A stretch of DNA of 64,000 bases from Antechinus flavipes (taxonomy: Eukaryota), in assembly GCF_016432865.1 (NCBI RefSeq), contig NC_067400.1:338396001-338460000 (forward strand), written 5' to 3'. Positions 1-10,906 of the stretch are shown in pieces. A model generated the notes under the pieces. It saw only the letters and a program-made list of their open reading frames with translations, had not been told where the DNA came from and made no database searches. The number at the start of each line of letters is the position of its first letter. The first letter of the stretch is position 1. Both the position numbers and the translations under genes were made by a program.

Positions 1-385
1 ACAGGTTTTCCCACTGTCACCTCTATGCCTGGAAGATACTCTCTTCTCTTCTACCTTTTATAATCCTTATCTTCCCTCATGGCTTAATTCAGTTGCTATC
101 ACTCAGAGAAAGCCTTTATTAATCCTCTACCTCCTCAAATTACCTTGTATTTGGAATACCATGTGGGGGAGGAGAAGATGCAGGGATATATTCTGAAATG
201 AAGTGAAGCAAAACCAAAAGATATCAATAAAATATAAAATATTATATTTACTTTTTTGTTTACATATTTTATCTCCCAATAGATTGTGAGCTCTTTGAAG
301 GCAGAGACATGTTTTTGTTTTGTCTTTGCATTTCCGGTGCATGGTATCAGGATGTAGCATGTAATCTTTGTTGAATCACATTGAA
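1..385 (+). mobile_element. L2 LINE 3' end fragment
   Basis: Typical L2 terminal motifs: gcctggaagatactctc and cccaatagattgtgagctctttgaaggcagagac...tttgtctttgcatt. Confidence 0.6.
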
Positions 386-859
386 TTGGAATGATGTGAC
401 TATAGTGGAATGGCATTATCAAAACAAGCCAAGAAACAAAAGGACTTCCAGGGAACTCACTAGTGATGAGCAGAATTGAAGTTCCTACATATAGTTCAAA
501 CTGGAGTTTTAACTAATCAACAATTTCACATTGAACACATAGTATGTGCTCGACCCTGCCACGGAGGTTAGGGAGGGTACAGAGGTATAGGACATGGTTT
601 TTGCCCTCTAAAAGAATACAGTGAGTCAGGGAGCAATAAAATCACAAAGACTTCCATAACAATATATAAGTAAAATGTTAGTTCCCCAAGAAAAGCTCTC
701 TTAAGGGCAATCATGATTAATTTAGAAAATAAGTAAAGAAGACTAAGTGCCTATGTGGAGAGTATGGTATAATAGAACACTGGCTATGACATTGGAAGAC
801 TTGAGCTAAGAAAAGGTAACTTGTTACATTTAGCAATATATTCTTTTCTTAAGCAAGTG

Positions 860-1475
860 GCATAAAAGTGATTAAAAAGAATAAAACAATTTTTATTGCA
901 TGAAGATAGAAAGACTTGCCAACAAACAAAATCAACAAACTAAGAATAAAAGAGAAGCTATTGACTAGAGGGAAAAAAGTTTGTCTCAACTATCTATGAC
1001 AAAAGTCTTATATTCAAGATAAATAGGAAACTTATACAAATAAGATCAATGGCTGTTTCTCAATGGATAAGTGATCAAAGGATATAAATAAATAATTCTC
1101 AAAAGAGGAATTGCAAAGTACAAATAGCATGTAAAATATTTCTCCAAAATGACTAATAATAAGTCAAATACAAATCAGAAAAACTCTGAGATTTTACCTC
1201 ACAAACAGCAGATTAGTAAAAATGATAAAAGATGGGAATCATCGCTGTTGGAAGCACTAGAAAAATAGTGATTCAAGAAAACACTTTTAATTGCTCTGTG
1301 AATTGCTCCAACTATTCTGAAAAGCAAGTATACTCTGCAAGCAATATATCTTTTGACCCAAAGATCCTACCGTTAGACATAAAGTAGGTCAAAGATTGAA
1401 ATAAAAATTCCATATCCACCAAAAATATTCATAGCACCATTTATATAATAGCAAAGAACATTTTTGAAGTAGTGA
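860..1475 (+). mobile_element. Old L1 ORF2 C-terminal fragment
   Basis: A-rich strand with L1 ORF2 remnants (caatggataagtgatcaaagga, aaactctgagattttacctcac, tttgacccaaagatcc, aaaatattcatagcac); many stops. Confidence 0.7.
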
Positions 1476-1489
1476 GAAACCTTTTCCAC

Positions 1490-2150
1490 CAAAATAACCC
1501 CTATTTCTAACTTCCCTGGATCTAGTGAAATTTCTACCTGGTTACCAAATCTCACAAATTTAGTCATCATTAACTCCTCAATCTCCCTCGTCCATTCCTT
1601 ATATCCAATCAATTGCCAACTTTTGTCATTTCTACTTTCACAATGTCAACAAGATTTATCCTCTTTTCTTACATAACCTTCACCCTAGTTCTAGCCTTTA
1701 TTACCTTAATTGCAATAGCCTCCCAATTGTTTTCCCAACTTTACATCTTTCTTTTTCCAATCCACTTTCAATATGATTACCAAAGTGATTTTCCTAAAGT
1801 ACAGATTTAGCTACATCATTGATTTATTTAATAATGATCCCCCATTCATCATCCCTAAGAAAAAATGTAGGATTTTAAAGCCCTTTTCAGCTTGGCCTCA
1901 AGCTATCTCTTGAGCTCCATTTATAAATTTTTCCTCTTCATACTCTCTGGTTAAAGTTGCCTTCTTTTTCTAGCTTTCTATATCCTGTCCCCAATGCCTC
2001 ACCACTGCAGCAGAATAGAGTCAAGGACTCCTGTGTGAAATTCACTCTCTCCTTATTTTCTTTTCTTAGAATCTCTAGATTCCTCAAGTGCCACTTCTTA
2101 TATATTTTTTTTTCTAATCCTCCCAAATGCTTGTGTCCACTTTCAGAACC
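1490..2150 (+). mobile_element. L2 LINE fragment
   Basis: Pyrimidine-rich L2-like text (tccaatcaattgccaa, ttccaatccactttcaat...ccaaagtgattttcctaaagtacagattt). Confidence 0.55.
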
Positions 2151-2260
2151 TTTTAAATATTTTGTATGTGTTTATATCTTGAGAAGATCAAACTGATTCT
2201 TATCATTTCTTATTGGTGTAATTTACACTAGTTGATTTTGTCCTATTACTGCCTAACAAT

Positions 2261-2452
2261 CAGGGGTCCTCAAACTTTTTAAATAGGGGGCCAGTTCATT
2301 GTCCCTCAGACTGTTGGAGGGCCGGACTATAGTAAAAACAAAAACTTTATTTTGTGGGCCTTTAAATAAAGAAACTTCATAGCCCTGGGTGAGGGGGATA
2401 ATCGTCCTCAGCTGCCGCATCTGGCCTGCGAGCTATAGTTTGAGGATCTCTG
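2261..2452 (+). mobile_element. Non-autonomous hAT MITE, OC1 (OposCharlie1)-type, 192 bp
   Basis: Terminal inverted repeats CAGGGGTCCTCAAACT ... AGTTTGAGGATCTCTG (2 mismatches). The 5' sequence ggccagttcattgtccctcagactgttggagggccggactatag matches the OC1-family start as I recall it, and several CpGs are retained. No 8-bp TSD match (ctaacaat vs gaagtcat). Confidence 0.8.
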
Positions 2453-3043
2453 GAAGTCATAGTTCTTTGTCTCTGAACTTAGTCCAGGGATTTAGCTGGC
2501 CTATAATGGGTTAAATTTAGAAATCTAGTTCCTGCTAATCACTGTTTTATTCTTGTCTCAAGGAAATTTTCTATCCTTGAGGGAGATGCATAGACATCAG
2601 GGAGTCTGGTCTAATATCTATACACCACCAACCTATCTTTCAAGGATGTCTGGTTCACTATCTGACTGTGTAAGCAGACTCAAACAATGAACATTGTTTA
2701 GTCAAAGGAGAGAAGGAAAAGATTGTTGCTAACCCCTCATTCCCAATTTCTAACCAATCATATTTTCCCTCATGCTTCAGCTCTATAACCAATCATCAAT
2801 TTTACCATTCATGTGGTCAAGTTCTTATAACCAATTATAATTCATTGCCTACCTACCAAGTCCTGTTCTTTGTACTGTACTCCCCAAAATCTATATAATC
2901 TATATCTATATAAAAAGAACACTCTCATTTGTGGTCTTTTCTTTGCTGAGGAAGCCAAGATCCTATTTATTAGTAAATTCACACTTTACTAATAAATTAA
3001 TCATGCTCAGAATTTTGTGTTTCAATTTACCTTCATTTTAACT
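2453..3043 (+). mobile_element. Solo ERV-type LTR
   Basis: U3-R-U5 layout: three TAACCAAT(C/T)A CCAAT boxes (2751, 2786, 2828), TATATAAAAA at 2907, AATAAA at 2991, then ~45 bp of U5-like sequence. Exact ends and TSD not resolved. Confidence 0.65.
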
Positions 3044-3864
3044 GTTAAAATCTATACATTTTATTCCCTCCTGATAGAATGCAAAATCCTTAAAGACAAA
3101 ACCCTTAAAGACAGGAATTATTTTATTTCTGTCTTTGTGTCCCTAGTGTCTAACATAATATATAGCACATAATAAGCATTTAATGAATATTGGTTGTTTT
3201 ATTGATTGAAATAAATGACCATCAATTAGGAAACCTGTGAACAAACTGTATTACATGAAGACATCAAAATATTAATGTACCATAAGAAATATTTAATTCA
3301 GAGAATTCAAAAAAATAGAAAGATTTATATGATGTTTTGCTAGTGGCCATACTATTGAAGTCACCACTCACATTGTTGAGAGAACACTAGCCTTGCCTGA
3401 GCCATAAAAGGGAGAGAATCTCTGCTTTTGAGGCATGCATGATGTTCCTGAGGCTGGTACAGGCCCCACATTTGGCAAGGACAGGAAGTCCTGCTCCCAA
3501 AGGTGCAGTGGCTGGAGGACCTAGTCATAGTCTTGGTCAGCATTTATAAGACTGAGGATAAGGTTGGGTTCCCTATCGCTAAGGGGTCAGGGAGTCTCTA
3601 CCTTGCCTCCAAGTCCTGAATCCCAACATCAGGATAATGGGTCAGCTGCCAAAGGATTAAGCCCCAGTCTTGTTCAATAATTTATGGATCCAGCAGAATG
3701 AATGCCATTAATGTCCTCTAGCTAAACACTGATATTAGAGTCCTGAATCCTGGCACCATGCTCATCAGATATTGGAGTTATCCCGCTGAATTATCCCTTT
3801 TTAGGAAAATTGTTCATGAGTTAGAAGACGGGGGTACAGGATAAGATATGAGACATTGAGGTCC

Positions 3865-4352
3865 TTTTCAAACTAAACTACCAAGCACTCTTACTCTTCT
3901 GCAGAGAGCACAACTCTATTGGGCTGGGCACATTGTTCAAATGCCAAGTGTATCATTGTCCCAAAAAAAGTGATTTTAAGGAGAATTTAGGGCAAGCGTT
4001 CAGGTCAGAAAAAAAAAAAAAAAACAATGCAAGGACATTCTCAAGGTATCTTTAGAATCAATAGTATGACATAGGAAACACTAGCACAGAACCACTCAGC
4101 ATGACATGCCCTCATCAGAGAAGGTGCTGTGCTCCATGATCAAAGCAGAATTGAATTATCTCAAAAGAAACGTGAGATGTGCAAAGTTAGAGAAGTATCC
4201 CAGTTGTTCATAGGAACCAATTGTGTCTGACCTGTGGAAAAGCATTCTGAACTCATAGTGGTCTGATCAACAAGTCAGACACAAGATAACTGGACTCTAA
4301 CATAGTGATGTCATTTTGGACTTTTTCAAAAACAAAGGACAACAACAATCAA
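3865..4352 (+). mobile_element. RTE LINE 3' end
   Basis: cagagagcacaactctattgggctgggcacattgttcaaatgcc and gccctcatcagagaaggtgctgtgctc, ending ttcaaaaacaaaggacaacaac; same family as 20050-20665. Confidence 0.8.
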
Positions 4353-4490
4353 CCACTGGAGCACCTGGTTTAGTATGTTGATTCCTAATCTCTCCAGGAA
4401 GGACAGGAGATATCAGTGAGGTTGTCTGTCCTTTTGTGTCTATGAAAATGTGATTTGACTTAGTCACAACCTGATTAGGAGCTCATGAAC

Positions 4491-5276
4491 TGAAGGGGGG
4501 GGGGGGGGCGGCGGTCCTTGTGGTCCTGTTTGACCTGTTGCCCATCTGGCTGCATCGATTGGATTCTGCCAAGAAGGGATGACTCTAAGAGTCATTGCAG
4601 GAGGCTTTATTAGCAGATTATTGACACTTCTCAGGACTGGCAGTTGGTGAGCAAGAAGTAGAAGTTCCAGAGACAGATGATGCAGGGCAGAAGAAGAACA
4701 ACAGAGCCTAGGGGAGTTCCATACAGGACTTTAGGTGATCCCTGAAGGACAGGGAACAGTTTCTGGGTAATGGCTGAGAATGGGAAATGATCTAGCAGTC
4801 TAGGAACTGTCAGTGATTGTTTCACTGATAGTGTTAATGGGGATTATATAGGGTTTGAGTGGAAGGACATTATATGGATGTGAGTGGGGCATTCCTCCTT
4901 ATCTCAAGGTGAGGAAAGGGATATTTCTCCTAGAAGTCAAGGCAAGATTAGAGCATTTCTGTTTAAACACCTGAATGATTACAGACCTTATCTCCAAATG
5001 AAGTGTACTAAAGGCCCATCTAATGTATTAGCTTTTGAGCTCTGTTGGCTTTATTCCAGGAATTGTAGGTAGCCTATCAGAGTACACAGTTGGGGCCAAG
5101 ACATGAGAGGTTTTAGCAAGCCAACTATTATGTTTCCAAAGTGAATTAAAATTGTGTTACAGGTGAAAATTGCAATTTGGGTCCCAGGTAGTAAGATAAA
5201 GCTTAAGAGATAAAGTTAAGAGATAAGAGTTTAAGAGATAAAGTTTAAGAGAATCAGCCTGTTTAAGAATTATCAA
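4491..5276 (-). mobile_element. Solo ERV-type LTR
   Basis: On the minus strand: tandem U3 repeats (5191-5250), TATA-like CCCTATATAA (~4845-4854), AATAAA (plus TTTATT ~4607), U5 ending ...CCTTCA at 4491. TSD not found. Confidence 0.6.
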
Positions 5277-5690
5277 AGGATCATGGAGAAAAACATAGTC
5301 TCACTGCAATGAACTAACTGATACAAAGTGAAATAAGCAGAACTAGGAAAATAGTTTTCACATTGATTAAAACAATGTAAATGGTAAGGGGGAGGGACCT
5401 GAATGCTACATGATTATTATGATCAAGCTTGGACCCAAAGGAAAAAAAAATGAGAAAATGCACCTTTCTTTCTTCTTTGCTGAGCCAGGACTGATTACAG
5501 GCACAAAACATTGTTTATATCACTGGACTTGGTTGATACATCAATTAGTTTTGCTTTTTTTTTTCTTTGTTTTTTGCTTGAAAGGATAAATCTCTGGAAA
5601 GAAAAGGGGAAGGGATATATCTTGAAGTAAAGGAAATGTATCATTCTTTCAAATTGTAAATAAAATAGATGTAAATAAAACAATGGGTTA
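5277..5690 (+). mobile_element. L1 3' end/3'UTR
   Basis: gaactaactgatacaaagtgaaataagcagaactagg motif, marsupial L1 3'UTR and A-rich end. Confidence 0.7.
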
Positions 5691-5879
5691 AAACGTCAAT
5701 TACTTACTAATAGTATGAATCTGAACGAATTCTTTTATTTTACCTCAGCTTCCTCAAATATAAAAAGGATATGATAATACCATAAGGAACTATGTAAAGA
5801 AACAGATTTTCTTGGGGAGGGGTCTTTATTGGAGCTCATGTTATACCCACTAATTCAAGGTATATATTTCCCCAAGGCT

Positions 5880-6200
5880 CTGGGCTGGGACTTCTTCACT
5901 TTTCTATTGATACTATTTCACTAAATGACCTTAATTATCATCTCCAAGTAGATGAAGCCCAGATCTAGTATTTAGACCTAGGTTTTCTCTTGAGTTCCAT
6001 TTTCACGTTACCAAATGCCTATTGAACATTTCAAACTTAGTACATCCAAATCAGAACTCAGTTTCTTACCACCCTAAATCCACTTTTCTTACAAACTTTA
6101 TCATTATTGTCAAGGGAATCCCCATCCTTACATTTACCCTGTTTTCACAATCTCATTGTCATCCTTGATTCCTCTCCCTAAAAATCCAAATCTGGTCATT
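5880..6200 (+). mobile_element. L2 LINE RT-region fragment
   Basis: ttaattatcatctccaagtagatgaagcccagatcta and aaacttagtacatccaaatcagaactc (degenerate LKLNMSKTEL-type motif). Confidence 0.6.
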
Positions 6201-6414
6201 TAATAAGGTCCCATCAATGTATTCTCATAGAGGGATATGAAGATCAAATGATAAATTACATGTAAAGTACTGTTATAACTGTAAAATGCTAATATATGTG
6301 TTAATATATCAGTAGTATCATAGTTAATGCTAAAAGTTATCTAGTATAAATTATCTAGTACAAATCTCTTACAAAATCACAGATACTATATAACATGTCC
6401 CCAATAAGAAATCA

Positions 6415-6582
6415 CTTAGCCCTGGGATCCTTGAACTTTTTTTAAAATGTTTTGATAACTCTAATTCAATATAATTGGTTTCTTTTATAATCTTGTGCAT
6501 CTTGTTTTAAAACATTATTCTAAGAAAAAGTTCATAGATTTCATCAGAATTTCCAAGGGATTTATGACATAAAAGGGTAACC
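6415..6582. mobile_element. hAT-Charlie-type MITE fragment
   Basis: Same family as 31506-31967 and 34919-35120 (ttcaatataattggtttc, aaacattattctaagaa, ttcatagatttcatcaga). Confidence 0.5.
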
Positions 6583-7037
6583 CTCAATCTAGCCTCTACT
6601 TAAAAGTGTCAAAGAATTCATTATCTTCCAAGGCATCAAACAACATTTTTTTTTACAGTTCTAATTATTAGAAAGTTTTCTTTGTGTTGAGTCAAAATTA
6701 CAACAGTAATTTCCTCAATCATTTCTATGCATTTCATGGTACAATGGGAAAAGCATGTTGTATTTAATAGCTTGGGTAAATCTGATTTCTCTAGGTCTCA
6801 GTTTCCTCATTTTTGCAATAAATATAAAGGATTAAATGATCTCTCAGGTCAATTTCAGTTTTAAGTCTCAGATCCTATGATCCCAATTATCCCCTCTAAA
6901 ACCCAAAAGAAAATAAGGGAAAGCTCTCTCTAAAAGTTTTGTTTATGGAGTCCTTATCACCAGAAAGAACACAGAAGTAGGAGGACTGTACTTTGGCCTG
7001 GCTCAAAGATGGGCAAAGTTTATCTTTAGCATTGTAT

Positions 7038-7039
<2 letters not shown>

Positions 7040-7087
<48 letters not shown>
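7040..7087. repeat. (CA)n microsatellite
   Basis: Uninterrupted AC run of ~24 units. Confidence 0.98.
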
Positions 7088-7089
<2 letters not shown>

Positions 7090-9943
7090 CCTGGCTTGAT
7101 GCCTTCTGCCTGTTTCCATCTAAATTGAGGCTCCCTTCTTTTGTGTCTCATCACTTCAAAATTTAAGGTTTCAATTAACTATGTTAAATTAATTCATGCT
7201 CGTGTGCTAACAGGAGAGATGTTTGTCTTTTGCTATTAAATAAACTGCACGCATTGCCATAGTGACAATGATCCATTTTCATCTCAGCTTCTCCCTTACT
7301 TTTGTTATCTCTGTTGACTTAATGACCCTTCTTCCCCTGATTCTGTGGTTGAACCCTAGCCCCACATTCAGACAGCTGCTTTGTTATCTTGCTCCTGGTT
7401 CCAGTATCTGGCTCCTTCCTCTGTAAAAGAAACAACTTCTCCTTATTGGCAGCAACATGGATGGATGATCCTTTGCTGGTTGATACTAGGCAACTCCAAG
7501 GGTGTATCTTGAAAGCTGGGAGTAAGACTATCATTTTCCTCTTAATAATAATAGTTTACATTTCTATTTGAAAGATGATTTCTTCAATAGCCATGTGAAA
7601 TAAACAATGTCAATAGCAGCATCATTTTAAAAATGAGAAAACTAAGGTTTGAAGAAGGGAATAATTTTGCCTCCTTCAAACCTTAGGTTTTTCATTTGTA
7701 AAATGATGATAATTTGTATAATTAACTGATGTAGAAAGAAGAGGAGGCTGAAGAATGATCAGGTAGAGGTGTCCCAAAACCAACATTGGCCAGTTTTGCT
7801 CAAGGACACCCTGCCTGACTTTCAGGGATGGCATGGCAAGAAAATGAGAAAATAACTGTAAAAGCTCTTAAATCACATAAAAGGACAAAAACTCTCTAGG
7901 AATATATGGTGATGTCATTAGATGAGTGGACCTAAGTGCATGGTAGCAAGATCTCCACATCAACAACATGGACTAGCATAGGAAAAATAGCAGAGAAAAA
8001 TCAAACTCCCATATTCCCTTTGGTTTCTCTTCCCACTACCTGGAGAGAGTGGAACAGTGAGGAGTCTGGCCCGGCTACAGAATTCTCAAGTTAATGACAA
8101 GTGCATTACTAAGGGGGCTGTCATGAGCCACAGCTCCCAGCTGGTACTAAACTCCCTGGAAGGGATAGCCTATCAGTCTCATTGATTGGACTGCAGCCCC
8201 TGCCAGTGCAGCTAACTATCAGAGGGGGTTTCATAATGAGGAGAGGAAGAAAAGAACAAGATACAAGGGGAAGGAGAAGAAAAGGGGAAAGGGAGAAGGA
8301 AGACGAGATTAGGCTCAAAAGAAGGCCCAGATTTAAATATTCAATCCCACAGCTATTTCTCTTTTACTACAGAATGTAATGTTATTGGGAAAGTTTATTC
8401 TTTCTAATGCTGAACTTAGTATGTAGATTTTTCTCATCCTCAAGTTCTTCCCTTCACCCAGCCTAAGACACAGACTAGCCCTGTATCTATGCAAGTAGTT
8501 TGATTCACAACAGTCACATGGTAAAGATCTAATCATCTCACCCCTAAACTACTGCAACAGCCAAAAATCTGATGTTCTGCCTTCATTCTATCAATTGGGT
8601 CCTATTGAATAAGCATTCATTAGGTGCCTGCTGTGTGCTAAGCACTATACTAGATACCAGATATATAAAAACAAAAACAAAGTAGCTTCTGCCCTCAAAG
8701 GGCAGAAAGGAGCTTATATTCTGCTAGGACCTTCCAGTGCATTCTACATACTATCACAGGAAAAGGAATAGAATACTGTGTGGTCCCTAATCAGAGGATA
8801 GCATAACAGAGTAAGCATGGAAGAATAATTTGCAGAGCCATAAATAAGGGGGAGCATCTGGGACTTTGATCCAAACAATAACATCCTTCAAGAAGTTTAC
8901 TATGCTCATCCCTCATGCCTTAAATTCCTCTAGTGACCTGTGCACTAGTGAGGAGGGAAAAGTAAGTCATGCCCTAGAAGAGGCTAACAGAGTAAGGCTA
9001 CAGGCTAGTAGGAAAGAGGAAAAGGCCTGGCCACCCCTTCTGTCCATGATGAAACTATTCTCAGATTAAGTATAATCTCCTCTAGTGGACCTGTAGAGGA
9101 GGGGGACTGAATCCCCTGGAAATAAATCAGAATTTTCTCCTCTGGACTGGAAGTCAAGAGATCTGATTTCTAATCTAGATTTTTTCACTCTGTGACAATT
9201 TCCTTCATTTCTCTAAGTCTCAGTTTCTTCATTCATAAAACTGAACCTGGGTTAGATCTCTAGAGATCTTTTAAACTCTGATGTTCTCTATAATTCTGTT
9301 ATTCAATAGACCATCACTCCTCATTCCATCACAGTGAACACAAGGCCCTTAATCTGCAAAAATACCCACAGAGTTTTGTTTACTTCAGAGAATTTGTTTG
9401 TTGAGATAATATTGACTTTTGCAACTTCCCTTTAGTCCACTATTGGGTACTAGTCCAGGGAACTAAAGGACATTCCTCTCTGGGGTTAATGTTTATTAAA
9501 GCCATAAAATAAATATGCAACATTTCCCATGAAATTTCCATTCAGGTCAGGCCTCATCCTTTATTCACATAAGAGATTCACTTATTTTGTAATCCATAGC
9601 AAAGGTAATATTTACATGCAGAAGGTGAAAAACATTTCCACTGCAATCTATAATGCTTAGTTTCCCATTAAATCCACCATTATTAACATTGAGTGGAATT
9701 CACAACACAATTTCTCCAGGTTCAGATGAAGTCCTACCTCTCCATGAATTCATACTGATATCTCCCTGATCTAGCTTTTTATACCACTTAATGTTGCTGC
9801 CATTCATTTACTACCTGTCATAGACTGCTGTGGTTTTTTAAACTGTTCATTTATCTATGTCCTTTATTTTCACTTAGAAAGGAAGCTGCTTGAAAGTAGA
9901 TACCCTGTCTCATTCATATAAATATAATATATGTTATCTGTGG

Positions 9944-10059
9944 GTATACATATACATGTGTATGTATACATATATACATACATATATGTGTGTAGACAGA
10001 CAGATAGATATAGATGGATAGACAGACAGACAGATAGATAGATAACTAGATAGATAGAT
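9944..10059. repeat. Compound microsatellite (TA/TG, then GACA/GATA)
   Basis: Directly visible. Confidence 0.95.
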
Positions 10060-10722
10060 CTTCCCATAAGTAGTGAAGCATTATGGTGAAGTCAATGGAG
10101 TCTTGAACTTGAAGATAAGAAAACTTGATTATCCCTTTGCCAGGGCATTCTCTGTGGGGACAGAGTTTAGGAAAAATGATGGTCCAATCATCTAACAGAG
10201 GTTGGATTACCTGCAGTAATTAAAAATGTTTCCTTATCTGAAATTCATAGAAATCACTTTTTGCAACTAATCCCGACAGCACTGATCAAGGGATATATTA
10301 GCAGTCTGCTCAGATTCACTGAATTTTATCTTATGTGCTAAAAAAGAAACTCACAACAAGGCAACATCTTCTCTTCATTTATTAATGATGAGTGCCCAAA
10401 GTTTGCTTGATCTCTTCTTATAAGGCAGACAAACAGCCAATCAAGAAAAGGACAGATGTGAAAGAAAAATCCATATCAGAGTTAAAGCAATTTCTTCTTC
10501 ATGGAATTAAAACAAATAAATAACAATCTTATAAAAGTTACCACAGAGAAAGGCAGCACAGTACATTGGAAAGGGTCCTTAATTTGCAATCAGAGAAGTA
10601 AGATCCAAAACATGATTCTGTTATCTGCATGATTTTGAGGAATGGAAATATTACAACTGTCTGTGTGACCTTGTTCAATCACATGACTACCCTGCCCTAA
10701 GCCACAATTTCCTTTTCTGTTT

Positions 10723-10906
10723 AAAAAAAGAAAGAAAGAAAAGTGGGGAAGGGAATGAGGAGTAAATAAGAGGGAAGGACAAGACCAGAAAGGACAGGAA
10801 AAGAAAGAAGAGAAGAGGACAGGACAGGACAGGAAAGGAAAAGAAAAGAAGAGACTAGAGGAGAGGAGAGAGGAGAAGGGAAGGGATGAAAGGGAGGAAA
10901 GGAGGA
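10723..10906. repeat. Purine-rich low-complexity tract (GAAA/GGACA/GAGAG units)
   Basis: Directly visible; produces the spurious 119-aa minus-strand ORF. Confidence 0.9.

Noticed and set aside
5191-5250. CRISPR-like or satellite array
   Set aside because: Short contiguous tandem units without spacers in a eukaryotic LTR; no CRISPR structure anywhere in the window.
7910-8371. Possible solo LTR (TGTAGTA start on the minus strand, CCAAT, GA-rich tract)
   Set aside because: No poly(A) signal or TSD found; left uncalled.
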